64,000 bases of DNA from Camelus dromedarius (taxonomy: Eukaryota). The DNA lies in the NCBI RefSeq assembly GCF_036321535.1, contig NC_087472.1, positions 94,304,001-94,368,000 of the forward strand, given 5' to 3'. Positions 1-11,975 of the stretch are shown here, one piece after another. A model generated the notes under the pieces. That model did no database searches. It worked only from the letters and a program-made list of their open reading frames with translations, and had not been told where the DNA came from. Position numbers and translations under genes: made by a program. Position 1 is the first letter of the stretch, and each line of letters begins with the position of its first letter.

Positions 1-849
1 CTGCCCTGCTCCAGTATTCAGGTTTAATTGTGATCTGTTGACTTGGTTCTACTTGCTTGGCTTTAGCTGCTAGAAAGCAATTATGCCTGATCATTTCTGG
101 TAGTTATTGCTGCTGTTATCACTTGCCTGTCCAGGACCTGCCAAGAGTTTCCCAAATACATCTCATTCCCATATTTGCATTTCTCTTGGGAAATACAACT
201 GTGATGTTTGTTTTTCTGCACAACATTTTCTTTTTGCTGATTTTCTTAGTAAACTTCCTGGGTGCAATGTCAGAACTGAATGTCTAGACCCTCAAATTCT
301 GGTTGGTTTGTTTTTTTTCGTGGTCTCTACAGGATTCTGTTCTCTAGCATACAGTCCAGCTCACCCAGCTATTAGTTCTCAGGATCTGGTTTATTCTTCT
401 CCACTTCCAATCTACAACAAAACTTTTATAATGCAGGTTGCAATATGTACAAATATAATTGGAGTGTGCTGTCAGTTTCATATTGCTTCCTCCTTGTTTT
501 CTTGCCAAGCAGACCTGGTATTCAGTACTTTCTCTATATTTGTTGATAGCTCTTGATTTTTTTACTCCATCAGTTTTAATGACTATATGCAGTATACTGG
601 TCTTTCTTACTGACTGGATGGGAGGAAAGGTTTAATTTAAACTGAAGAATACTTGACAGTGATGTCAGTAGTCCCAGATGACACTGAAACGAACAGATAC
701 GTGAGAACGTTTTGTGAAACTAACCTAGTCTTTGTGGGAATGAGCTAAATAGTAAAATTTTCATATTGTCTCACCTTTTGAATTATTATGTGTGCATATT
801 TTTTTCTTTATATTTTTTCTTGTTTCTTTTTTAAAAGTTTATTTTTATA

Positions 850-955
850 TTCAATGGCTTGTAATAATCTATAGTGAAAAAGAATATGTATGTATATATG
901 TTAATAGAATTACTATTCTGTACACCAGAAACTAATTATAAATCAAAAAAATATT
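850..955 (+). mobile_element. L1 3'-end fragment (cetartiodactyl-type)
   Basis: 'tgtaataatctatagtgaaaaagaatatgtatg...ctgtacaccagaaactaa...' followed by an A-rich tail, matching the L1 3' UTR seen elsewhere in the window. Confidence 0.65.
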
Positions 956-1088
956 GAAAAATGTACATGCACATTAGAAGTTACTTTTTGGTCCGATTAT
1001 TTTGCTTAAATAATTTCTTTTGGCATATAAATTAGATATATTATTGTTTCTTTCTTCCTGCCTGATTGAGTCAAGAATGTGGTTTGAA

Positions 1089-1179
1089 TACTTTTTTTTA
1101 AATGGAGGTACTGGGGATTGAACCCAGGACTTTGTGCATACTAAGCACACACTCTACCGCTGAGCTATTCCCCACCCCC
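1089..1179 (-). mobile_element. tRNA-Ala-derived SINE, vic-1-like (camelid)
   Basis: Reverse complement shows Pol III A box (tagctcagcggtagag), B box (ggttcaatccc) and an A tail. 17-bp TSD caagaatgtg(g/t)tttgaa at 1072-1088 and 1180-1196. Confidence 0.9.
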
Positions 1180-2078
1180 CAAGAATGTGTTTTGAAGGAA
1201 GATAACTTTTGCTATTTAAAAAGCATAGATTTAAATCTATCAATAAATCATTCTCACTTAAAGTCACCCATATTCAAAATCCTACTGGGTTTATGGGTGT
1301 AAAATATAAAACCTAAAGCTTACCTTCCAGGAACTTGAAGTCAATTTGTGGAGAAAAATGGATGTAATTTTAGCTATAAACACAAATATAAAAGGACTAG
1401 TGGTCAAAGCAGGTTATAATGATTGTCAAGGTCTGTTTGGCTTCATATCCATCACACATGTCTGTGGTCGTCTGTAGGCTTACCCTGCCCCTGGAACCAG
1501 CAGGAGCCCCACTTGGTCGTACAGCACAGCTTCTCTTTGCACCAACAGTGTAGGGAATCTGTAAGTGATTTTCTGATGCTGTGTGCTATCCCTCTGCCTT
1601 TCTATTTGACCTCATTTCTGGCTATCCCATCACCTGGAGTTGTTTCTAACTTCTGTCCTTAGAGTTGGCTTCATCCCCACTTGCTTCCTTCTTACTAGCT
1701 TGGCCCCTCCTTACTCTCAGCGTGCCATATGGCAAGTGTCACACAAGAGTCCATGCTAATCCTTTTATGACTGCTAGTGCCAAGTCAGTACTGCAGCTCA
1801 CAAACTCTACAAGAATTTAAATAAGAGATAGACTATGATTATTCCAGACTGGGTTGTCAGGGCCCTGGGTCTACCTAGAAATCAGAAAGTATTGAGGAAA
1901 AAAAAAAAAAAAAAGCTCTCCAGGTAGAGAAAACAATGAGTAAAATCAAAGATAAGACAGTGTTTTACTGCAGAATGATGATATGAATTTGCTTAGAGAA
2001 GACGGTTTGTGGAAACATAAATGAAAATATAGTTTGGGGCTAAATTGTGAATGTTCTTAAAACTAAGACATCTGGAAT

Positions 2079-2120
2079 TAAATTGTATGTAAATTGTATG
2101 TATTAAATTGTATGTAAAAT
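2079..2120. repeat. Short tandem repeat (taaattgtatg) x~3.5
   Basis: Seen directly in the sequence. Confidence 0.8.
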
Positions 2121-2681
2121 TATTAAAGATTTTTGAGCACAGGGTGTTACTTTTAAGCAACATTTTAAGAATTTGGTCATGTAAACATCTTTAATGTTGC
2201 AAACCAACAGACATATGTACATTCTTGAAACAATCATTGGACTAATATGTAGGATTGCCCTTCTTATTGATAACCATGCATTGAAAAAAATTCTGAATTT
2301 CTAAATTTCTGTAATAAATCTGTATTACTATTAAAAATAGAAAAAAATATTACTTTAAAGGAAAAACTATGCCAGTGAAAAAATGTTGACTAAGAAAGTC
2401 AATAAGCATTAGTTGTATTTATTCATTTGGCTGTACAATTTGTAAAGAGTACTTCAGAATCATTCTCAACACTATTTTGACATAATGAATCATAGTAGTC
2501 ATAAAGAACATTTGAAATAGTGAATTCCCATAAGAAATTAACATTCTCTTCACCATTGATTGCATACCTACTGTTCTAGATACTACCTCATGTTCTGGAA
2601 ATAAAAATATCAACCAGAAATGATGCCTGCTAATAAGTAAAGCTAATGGAGGAGATAGATGCTGCAGAGATGAACATAGAT

Positions 2682-2916
2682 CATTGAATGGCAAACTGCA
2701 GTCCATGGGCTGTATTTGGACTGCTACCTGGTTTTGTAAATACAGTTTTATTGGAACACATTATGTAGCTCTTAAGGCCCATTGGTTTATGTATATTCTA
2801 TGGCTGCTATCATGCTACAAGGACAGACTTGGATAGTTGCAACACAGACCATATGACACACAAAGCTGAAAAGACATATTCCCTGGCACTTTATATGTAA
2901 AGTTTGCAGACCCTTG
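2682..2916 (+). mobile_element. MER58A-like hAT-Charlie MITE
   Basis: 'ggcaaact...gttttgtaaatacagttttattggaacaca...atggctgct...aaagtttgcagacccttg' follows the MER58A layout. Confidence 0.85.
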
Positions 2917-4149
2917 ACATGGAGCCTGACAATTACTGAGATGGAGGTATACGCCAGATTCATTGGGAGCACAAATAAGGGCACCTCCATCAATCTCATT
3001 CACTGAGAGGGCTTTTTAAGCAGAAAGTAATGGCAGTTCCATTTCAGCACACTAATTACTCCAAATCTGAATGACTGTCCATGCATGGATAAAGCATCCT
3101 AAAGTTTAGCTGGACCTGCGAGACATTTGAATTTCTTTTAGACACAGCGTGACAAAAAGTGCTAAGCACAGCTGTGTTCATTGTGGTTTGTGAATTATTT
3201 GAGTCTATTAAACATGAATGATTAAATCATATATGATTTTGTTTAAGGCGGTTAAAGTCTTTAAGTGTGACTTTTTGTGTAAGGGTCAGTATTCATTGCT
3301 GCATTCAACAGGTATGTCATATAAAGTCAGTCTTTCTAAAATATCTCTGTTTCCTCAGATGAAAGAAGGTCTGTGTGTCTTGAATTATTTGCTTGATTTG
3401 TTTTTTGATTTCCATTCTGGTCACTCATACAATAGCATATTTAAAAGAGACTTGAATGCATTTAACACAATTATATTATCATGATATCACTTAAACATTT
3501 ATCGAAGTTTTTTCCTAAAATGTTCTGATCTGTGTGCCAGAAAAGAGAAGACAAATGCTTATAAAATGTATTGAGCTCGTATTTATTCTTTGCTGTATTC
3601 TGACCTTGATCCACTTTAATGATATACATGCATTAATAATGCATTTTTTATCTAAGTCAGATTGCATCCAAATTAGATGTATATATCAAATGAAAATCGA
3701 AAGTTTAGCTGTTTGGGATGCAATGATCATTCAGTAATAAAACCTGTTGTTTAAGTACTTGGATGCTGAAGCTCCAAAATAAAGAGCGTATTTATTTTTG
3801 GTTTTCTTAATTCAATAAAGAAAAGATTAGTCTGAAATTATCCCTCTGCTTGAAGGAAAAAGAGAGTCTAGAACTCCTAATGGACCCAGTATCGTGGCCC
3901 CCCTTTCCAAGTATCTGCTGCTTCAACAGCAGGATAAAGAATAGGCCTCAGATACGCCATGTTCAGAGGCTCCTGGTAACACTACCTCTCATCCTCCTTC
4001 ACAATGTGACGGCACGAAGGCAGACAGACCTCAGGAACCAGTGATGTCTGTGAGAGCCCCATCCCTCCTTCCTCTGTCCCAGTAATCACATCCTCATCAT
4101 CTCAGATTTTCCTGTCTCCCCCATCCAACCTGCTGTAGTCTTGGCCATC

Positions 4150-4820
4150 ACACTAAGTACCACCAGCTCTATCCTCTCACAAACAGAGTCATCCTTTTTC
4201 CTTTGCTCTTACTACCCCCTTATTATATCACAACAAACCCTATTTTCTCTACTTTCAAAGTATATACCAATTCCAACCACTCCTCACCATCTGTACCGAT
4301 AATAAATTACCTTTAACTCTGGTATAAATTTCTAAGTCTTTGGTCAAAATTATTGTAATATTCTCTTAAGAAACCTCATTTGTTCAGCCCTTTGACCCCT
4401 ACTGTTTATCCTCAGCACAACAGCCTGGGTATTTCACTTACTACTTGCTTGAAGGCGTCATACTTCTACTTGTTACTGATACACAGTGAGGCCAGACAAA
4501 CCAAAAAGTTGGAGCACTACTGTTTCTTGACTGTCCCTCCCTTGTCTCTGCGTCCCCTCCCTGCCCTGATTAGCAACTGTATGAATCTGCTCTTTGGAAC
4601 TCAGGGAAGGTCAAGGAGGCTGAATGAAGCCTATTTCCTCCAAACAAGAAAAGGGGGACACAGAAAGGATTTGTGCCAGGGAGGACCCCACAGGGTCCTT
4701 CTCTGTTTCATACTCAGAACATGGCAATGGCACCCCATCCTTCTTAGTCTAAAAGCCAAAATAATTAAAATGGCTTATGTGCTCTGACTCCCTGCTCTTG
4801 CTCTGATCTCAGCATCTCAC
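4150..4820 (+). mobile_element. L2 LINE fragment interrupted by an LTR
   Basis: 'ctctactttcaaagtatataccaattccaaccactcctcacc...cagcacaacagcc', resuming after 4714 with 'ctcagaac...aatggc...aaaagccaaa'. Confidence 0.65.
4471..4710 (-). mobile_element. ERV1-class solo LTR, internally deleted (240 bp)
   Basis: Ends tgttac...tttca, with a 4-bp TSD 'tact' at 4467-4470 and 4711-4714. Confidence 0.8.
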
Positions 4821-5566
4821 ATTAGGTGAAATTGGAATAAATGTTCTATTTTGCTTTAAGTTCGATCAAAAAAATTAAACCCATTTGAAAAAAAGTATTA
4901 TGGTTATATAGATGATATTCACTAAAAAGTTATTTTAGGTCTGTTAACCCCATCCTCTTGTTGGCCACATGTATTCTTTTGATCACCTATTCAGTCTTCC
5001 CAGGTAAGTATAGGGCCCGAGGCTTCGTTTCACTCGTCTGCATTGAAGCGCCATCCGAGGCTCAGATTCTCAATGATCTTAATGTTTATAATCTCCAGCA
5101 TCAATTTTTTAACCTTGTGATAGAGAAGATGATATCTTGAAGAATCTAGACCTAAGGTTCCTGTTGGGAACATCTTGTGAGCAATTCCAGACATGATAGT
5201 CACCCTGGGTGGAATTTGAGGATCTCTGGGGAAATACAAGCACAATTCACTTTTGTCATATTTGAGACTAAAAAGGACAAGTTATTCCTGATTGTATCCG
5301 GAGATATATATATATCAGTAGCATCAAAAATAAGATTATTAATAAAAAAAAGACACAATTTTAATCAGGTGGTATGCAAACTTAGCTTATTCTCCCTCAG
5401 AACAGTCCTACATGGTGTCTTTCAAGAAAGGGCCCCATAATTGGCAGGATGACATGGGGATCAAGAGTGCAGACTCTGGAATCAGGCAACCGGGATTTGA
5501 ATCCTGACTCTGCTCCTCAGTAACAGCTGTGCTCTGTGCCTCCATTTCCTTACGCGTATCATCTCC

Positions 5567-6429
5567 CAAGGGGAATTTACCGTGAAGCCAAGGGAACTTA
5601 AACAACAAGCTCCTCACATTGTGGGTTTGTTACCCCAAAAGGGGAAGGGAAAAGATCCCAGTTCTTGTCTTACCCAAAAGAGAAGAATTCAGATGGGAGA
5701 TGGAAACATTGTGTAGTGCAAGATTTTAAAGATTCTATTAGCAAAGGGAAAGTACACCTCTGAGAACAGGAGGTGGGCTGATCCCAAGGGAGGAAAAGCG
5801 GTGGTCTTTGCGCCTTCTCTTATATTTTTGCTTAGAGGTGGTCTCTCGATTGATTGATGTCTTTTGCCCCTGGAGTGCTTAATCATGCTCGGCCCCTTTT
5901 GTGCATGTCCTTACCCATGATGCACACAGGAAAACCCATGGGAGAGGGCCTAAACCACAATACTAATTATATTATAGTGCGCATTGGGTCATATCCGGTT
6001 AGGTCCTTGTGGCTGCTGTGCAGTTGTGGCTGTCGGGTTCTAATCAGTTTCTTGCTGATTTAGAGGAAGTACAGCCCCTTTATGCTGAAGGCAGGCATAA
6101 CTCCATCTTCCAGACCATCCTCCGTCTCCTCCACCATATCTGCCTCCACTTATCTACCTACGTAACAGGTTCTTTAGAAAAAAAAAAATGAGGAAGGAAA
6201 TCAGGGACAACAGGAAGTATTTTGTAAAAGTCATTTCTGGAAAATTAACTGAAGTTTCTCAAAAGAAAAAGATCAGCTCCAACCCTCCAGTAATTTTTCA
6301 GGGTATCTTTTCTCCCTGAAGAAAATACTCTTTTTTTATACCAGTTTTTGTGTTCATAATTTTGTGTTATTTTTTATAGAGAGTGCCTTGCCTTAGCCTC
6401 AGGTACCACAAAATCTGGCCTCTCCTCTG
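5567..6429 (+). mobile_element. hAT-Tip100 (Zaphod/MER115-like) non-autonomous element, split by an LTR
   Basis: Left end 'caaggggaatttaccgtgaagc' and right end 'tttgtgttcataattttgtg...ctcaggtaccacaaaatctgg...ctg' resemble Zaphod-family termini. Confidence 0.6.
5628..6167 (-). mobile_element. ERV1-class solo LTR (540 bp)
   Basis: Terminal inverted repeat tgttac...gtaaca and a 4-bp TSD 'ggtt' at 5624-5627 and 6168-6171. Confidence 0.88.
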
Positions 6430-6839
6430 TCTGCCGCCTCGGGATTTTGTGAGGCTTACAGGACGTGGCATGTTTTAGTCACTTAGAACAGTGCTTGGCA
6501 CACAGGTAGGAAATGTTAGCCATTATTATAAATAGGTTGCTGAATGAGGATTAACATATTGATTAGTCATATAATTTTCTGAAAAGGAATCAGTTTTGAA
6601 TGCCACTGTCAAGGATCTCAAATTTACTCAAGGAAGTTTCTGAAGTTCTCCCAATGCAAGAAGCAAATAGAAAAGATTAGACCTCTATTGACTGAAATTT
6701 CCTGCTACATCACAAAACACCTATTAGTTAATTAGAATGCTCAAGTGACAGAATCCAATGCCTACTTGCTAAAAAAATCTTGGGTTCTTTTTTATTTCAG
6801 TGAGTATGAATTTAAATTTTTTAAAATGTGACAATATGA

Positions 6840-7200
6840 TTTTTTCCTTAATTGATTATTCCCTCTTCTCCGTTCCCTGTGCTCTTGACTTTTAGAACTG
6901 TTACATGTACCTTCCAGCAAGATTATTCACTTCTCTTAACCTCTAATATTCCATATGTATTTATTTAGCTTTACAACTTGCATAATTTCCCCAAATTTAT
7001 CTTCTAGAACACCAGTTTGGTCTTTATTGCTATCTAGCTAATAGTTACTCTGTGCATTGAATTATTATTTTTTAGTTTGATAAATAATATATTAATTTCT
7101 TGGATTTCTTTTCTTTCTCTCCGTTGTTCATAATTGCTTATTTTTGTTTATAATTACTACATAAGTTCAAATTTTTGAAATCAAATAGTTTTATTATTTT
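6840..7200 (-). mobile_element. Very old L1/HAL1-like fragment
   Basis: T-rich degenerate tract resembling antisense L1 ORF1; weak. Confidence 0.35.
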
Positions 7201-7800
7201 ACCTGAGCTTTGCTTGCTTAAATGTTGTTTCAGTGTGTATATTTGTGTGTGTGTGCATGTCTGTGTATGCTTGTGTGTAATTTAGGTTTTTATTTTCATT
7301 TTTTTACCTGTGCCATTGGTTTTCCATTATTTAAAGGTTGGCTGTTTTTCTGTTCTATGTTCATGGATGGAGGAATATGTTAATTAATTAAGGCATTTAA
7401 TATTAGATTTCTCTGCAGTTACAGAGGATTGTCTCTTCAATATGTTTTTTTTCTGGACTTGGACTAGACATCAATGTCTGAAGAGCACTTTATTCTGAGA
7501 GTGGAACACATCAGAATATTCTACTCCTAGCTTTTAAAGTTTTCCACACTCTTACACTTTCCTGCCATAATATAGTCTTTTGTAAAAATACTGGACATAC
7601 TTGAAATTCTGCTCTGCTTTTCTCTCAGGGGTAAGTAGCATGAGTAAGATCTCTTCTTGATGGTGGCCCACATTGTTCCAACACTAAGGTCTTGGGTCAA
7701 GAACACATTTCCCTGTAGCCATCTGCTCAGGAAAGGAAGAGGTGACAGTCTCCTAGCTCGTCAGGATGCTCATCCTTAATGAATTGCTCCTATGAGTAGC

Positions 7801-8395
7801 TGTGGTAGGTAATATCGAAGATGGCCCCCAAGTGAACCATGTCTACTGATACTCACAGTCGTATGTATTCCCCCTTCCCGTTTCCTGATGAAACTGAACT
7901 GGCTCTGTGACTCACTTAATCCAATGGAATGCAGTAAAAGGATGCTGTACCATTTCCAGGGCTAAGCTTTAAGATAGGGCCTGACAACTTTATGCTTTTG
8001 TGCCCTTGGGAGTGCTAAGCTGCAATGTAAGGGATTTGACCGTGCTACTGGAGAAATGTTGTGTAGAGATCATGTGGAGAGGCCACAAGGAGGAGAGGCC
8101 CTAAGATTACACAGAAAGAGAGAGAGACCAAATCATTTTAGTGTCCCCATCAATGTGCCAGACATATGAATGAGGCGTCTTGTATATTCCAGCCCAGTTG
8201 AGTCTCCAGAAGTTTGCAACCCGAGCTGGAATCACATGGAGCAAACTGTCCAACTGATCTAGTCAGCTCATAGAACCATGAAACAACAAAACAAAGCAAA
8301 AACCCAACAATGACAATGATGAAAGCAACAAAACGGTTGTTCTTTTAAGCCGATAAGTTTTTGAGTGGTATTTTTTTTTTTACATAGCAATATAC
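7801..8395 (+). mobile_element. MaLR LTR (MLT1F/G/H-like)
   Basis: Starts 'tgtggtagg...aagatggcccc', internal 'ccaatggaatgcagtaaaag', ends 'ttttaagcc..taagttttt..catagcaata'. Confidence 0.85.
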
Positions 8396-8659
8396 TTTTG
8401 TTTTAAATTTAGGGTCTCCAAAAGTTTCTTGGGAAGATCTTGCATTTTCAACTAAGTTTCTACTACCCTTTCCATACCAATCTATTCCCCAATTATCTCT
8501 ATTTTCCAGAAATTCCATTTTTAAAAGTTTCCTGGTGGCATCCTTCCTATTTTTCCTGTCCTACAATGCAAATTTCATGTATCTTCTCTAATTTCATTGG
8601 TACTCAGAAGAATACAAGGTCATAAATGTTCTCAGTTTACCATCATGAACTGGAGGCCA

Positions 8660-8760
8660 CTAGGTATAATATACTCTACAATTATATAGGTAAGGAAACT
8701 GAAAGTTTAAATAGCTGACCTAAAGGCACAACTCATCACATCTGGGATTCAAATTATTCC
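8660..8760 (-). mobile_element. MIR fragment
   Basis: 'ggtaaggaaactgaaagtttaaatagctgacctaaaggcaca...ctgggattcaaa'. Confidence 0.6.
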
Positions 8761-9149
8761 TATATTATATCCAAAGGGAGTGAAAGTAGAAAGACACTGT
8801 ATTTGAAAATGACATTACATTGTACACATGCACACACACACACTGAAAATCATCTACTTCATCCCAGGAGTGGTACCTACCATGTCCACTCAATATTCAT
8901 TCATCAAAACAAGCCACAAGGCTCCAAATTAACTTCAAGGGAAATTAGGAAAAGTTAAGAAACTCAAGAAATACGTGTTGAGTACTGGCTTTACTTGCAA
9001 TGTTTGATAAAGTGGCCCACTTGAGTCATCTTGAAAAGGCCCTGCCTGCTGGATAAAGGATCTAGCAGAAAGAGGATGAAATTTCTTACCAAGAAACTTA
9101 GATGTGTCTTCAGTCTATCTATCAATCTCTTAAATTGCAACCTAGCATT

Positions 9150-9472
9150 TAATGTTTAGGTGTTAGGATTGCTTCTAGACAAGTATCATCCTTTTTATCC
9201 CAATAAGAAATGGTCACATCCTTTCATTATGTGAGTGAATGAATGAAGCTGCTAAAGGTCACAAAGAGATATTGTCCAGGTTAAGGAACGGTGTGGTGCC
9301 TCATCTCACTCTTACCCTAGATAACCTAGAAAGCCATGTGTTCTGGTGGCATAGCTTCAAGATGGAGGAGAGCTACCTGACTACCTGATCCATAAAAGAC
9401 TCTTCCTCAGTGAGAAATAAAGTGTCATTCTGTTAAATGACAGCACATCTTAGCATTAACCTCAATAATACA
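9150..9472 (+). mobile_element. Old MaLR LTR fragment (MLT1I/J-like)
   Basis: 'gaaagccatgtgttctggtggcatagcttcaagatggaggag...gtgagaaataaa...ctcaataataca'. Confidence 0.6.
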
Positions 9473-10499
9473 GGCATTCACTTGGCCACCGGAAAAAGTC
9501 ATACTGTCTTACTCTACCAAATTGGGAAAATCAATTTGCTTAACAGTGGTTCCCATCATGGGTAGCACAACTCTGCCCCTTACCTTCATGCTTTTTCAGG
9601 CATCTTCATAGATTCTCCCAGATACTTAAGGAAATGTCAGGTTTTGTCCAAGATCTTGTCCGTGCTCTGCACCAGCAGTTTTATACAGGGAGCCTACCAA
9701 ATTCTGCCCTTCGGTGAGAATCCAGAGTGGTTCTCTTGGGGATCCTAACACTTGAGTTGGGGAATGGAGGGAAGTGTCAAAACACTGTCTACTCCTTTGA
9801 AATTCTTATTAAAAATATCTTTAGTGAATTTTTAGCTTTCTCTTATTTGCAGTACATATGGATGATAATCATGAAACCAGGTTAGTTTCTGCTGTTTCCC
9901 TTCTGCATTGCTATGTCCAGGGTATCCTTTTAGAATATTTGAGCTCTTACCCTCAGTTGCTGTCAGCTTTTGGGTCTCAGCCAGAAATCTAAAGAATTTT
10001 TTTATCATTCTGTTACAAGTATTTGAGTAGGCAGTCAAACAGGATTTATTTTCTCAGAATTTTTATTATATAACCAACCCCAAGTTTAGAGCAGATGCAG
10101 TACATTCTGAAGTATCCCTTTCATTTTTTTTCTTTCTTACTTTCCTTCTAATTCCCTGGTCTTATTTTTTCCCCAAACTCAAACTGATATATGGGTGGTA
10201 GTTAACTAGTTTGGGATATGTGATTATAGGAACAAGTCCAGCTCTATTTCCTACATGTCAAACCCTGATCATTACTCAGTGACTGCTAAAAAACCACTTT
10301 CAAGTTCTGTAGAAAAGAAAATCAATTACAGACCCTGATTCTAATCTAAAGTCAATGAGAAAACAAGCTTTAGACATAAATAAAGGGTAGGACTACATTC
10401 GAAGAAGGAAAAAAAAAAACATTTAATAGGTAATAAGTGCATTGCTTTTTACAAAGTAGTCCTACTACCTAAATTTTGAATATTGAATTGTGTTTTGAA

Positions 10500-10648
10500 A
10501 AGAAATGACAATTGTGTAACATGATAGAGCTGCTAATTATCAGTACAATTGCAAACATATTAACAGTATATAAACGTATCAGATTAACATGTACATCTTA
10601 AATTTACACAATGTTATGTGTCAAATATAATTCAATAAAATAAAAACT
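10500..10648 (+). mobile_element. L1 3'-end fragment
   Basis: 'catgtacatcttaaatttacacaatgttatgtgtcaaatataattcaataaa' plus an A tail. Confidence 0.8.
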
Positions 10649-10792
10649 TACCTAGTTATCATTTAAGAGACCACTGAAAAGTCATCTGGGTTCCTTAGTA
10701 AGGAATTATTTTATCTCTTGATTGCAAAATACATTAAAAGACCAAGAATTTCTGTGCCCATCAGAATGTTAGAACTACATGTCAGTATGGTC

Positions 10793-11332
10793 ATCAGTAG
10801 CCAGAATCATAGCCTCCTAATCCTTAAAACTTGTGATTATGTTATTTTGGATGATAAAAGTGATTTTGAAGATGTGGTTAACGTTAAGGACCTTGAAACA
10901 TAGAGATTATCCTGGGTAGAACAAATTTAATGACATGAACCCTAAAAGTGGAAGAGAAAGGCAAAAGAGGAGGTCAGAGAGATGGTAGCGTGAGAGAGAC
11001 TCAATGCTCCATTACTGGTTCTGAGATGTAGTAGTGTGCAAGGACCAGAGAAAAGGCTAGGAGAAGCTAAGGCAGCCCTTGGCTGACAGCCAGCAAGAAG
11101 TCAAGATCTCCTCTCATGGAACTGAATCCTGCCAACATCTGAATGAGCAATAAAACAGATTTTGTCCGAGAGCCTCCAAAAAGTAATGTAGCCCTGCCAT
11201 TACCTTACTTTTAATCCAAATAGACTCACCTTGGATTATTGACCCAAAGAACTCAAAGATAATAAATTTGTGCTGTTTTAAGCTGCTATGTCTGTGAATA
11301 ATACGTCATAGCAGCAATGGAAAACTACTACA
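10793..11332 (+). mobile_element. MaLR LTR (MLT1D/E-like)
   Basis: 'ttgaagatgtggttaa..ttaagg...gagattatcctgg...ctgacagccagcaag...gataataaatttgtgctgttttaagc...cagcaatggaaaactactaca'. Confidence 0.88.
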
Positions 11333-11619
11333 GGACTACCAAGGAAGAATGGTTCCCCTGATGTGGCAATGTGAAGTTTCTTTAAGCATTGTACCTGTCA
11401 ACAGATATGTCAATGTTGCATTTTACTGGTAGCTCCTAGCAGTGAAATCTTGGTGGATGGTTGGATTTGTGATGTCTTCCGTCCACAGTAATTATTCTCC
11501 ATTGCTCCTTCAGTCACGGGTCCTCCATGGTGGAGGCTTCCAGGGAGAACTGCAATACTCAACTGTTACTGTTTCTGGTACATTTTATGAGTGGTTTGAT
11601 ACTGTGGCTAGTGTATTAC

Positions 11620-11830
11620 TTGGACAGCCTATTGGATAGATCTCGATTGCTAGGTCTGCTGGTTCACAGCTGTGAACTCTTGGGTAATTAAATTCACTCT
11701 TCAGAGCTCTAGTTTTCTCTTCTATTAAAAAAGAATGCAATATTCATGTTTCCTCCATGAGGATTATATGAGGATTCATTAAGATGTCATACTGTGAAGT
11801 ACTCATTACAATGCCTTCATTTGATATATG
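11620..11830 (+). mobile_element. MIR SINE
   Basis: MIR core 'agctgtgaactcttgggtaattaaattcactct...agttttctc...atgaggatta'. Confidence 0.65.
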
Positions 11831-11854
11831 TTATGTCCTATTTCCTGCCTCCCC

Positions 11855-11975
11855 ATCATTCATTCAGCAAATATTAAATGAACATTTACTACATGCTAAA
11901 TGTTCTCCTGGGCACTGGGATTACTTTAGTGTACAAAAGACAAAGTCCCTCTTCTCATGAAACATATTCTAGTGT
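11855..11975 (-). mobile_element. L2 3' end
   Basis: 'cattcattcagcaaatattaaatgaacatttactacatgc...gggcactgggat...agacaaagtccct'. Confidence 0.8.

Larger units (their letters stand above)
5443..6530 (+). mobile_element. MIR SINE split by later insertions (pieces ~5443-5560 and ~6430-6530)
   Basis: 'agactctggaatcag...gggatttgaatcctgactctgc...tgcctccatttcct' and 'gattttgtgagg...cacttagaacagtgcttggcaca...aaatgttagccattatta'. Confidence 0.8.

Noticed and set aside
2079..2120. Short direct repeats as a CRISPR-like array
   Set aside because: 11-bp slippage repeats without spacers, in eukaryotic DNA with no cas genes.
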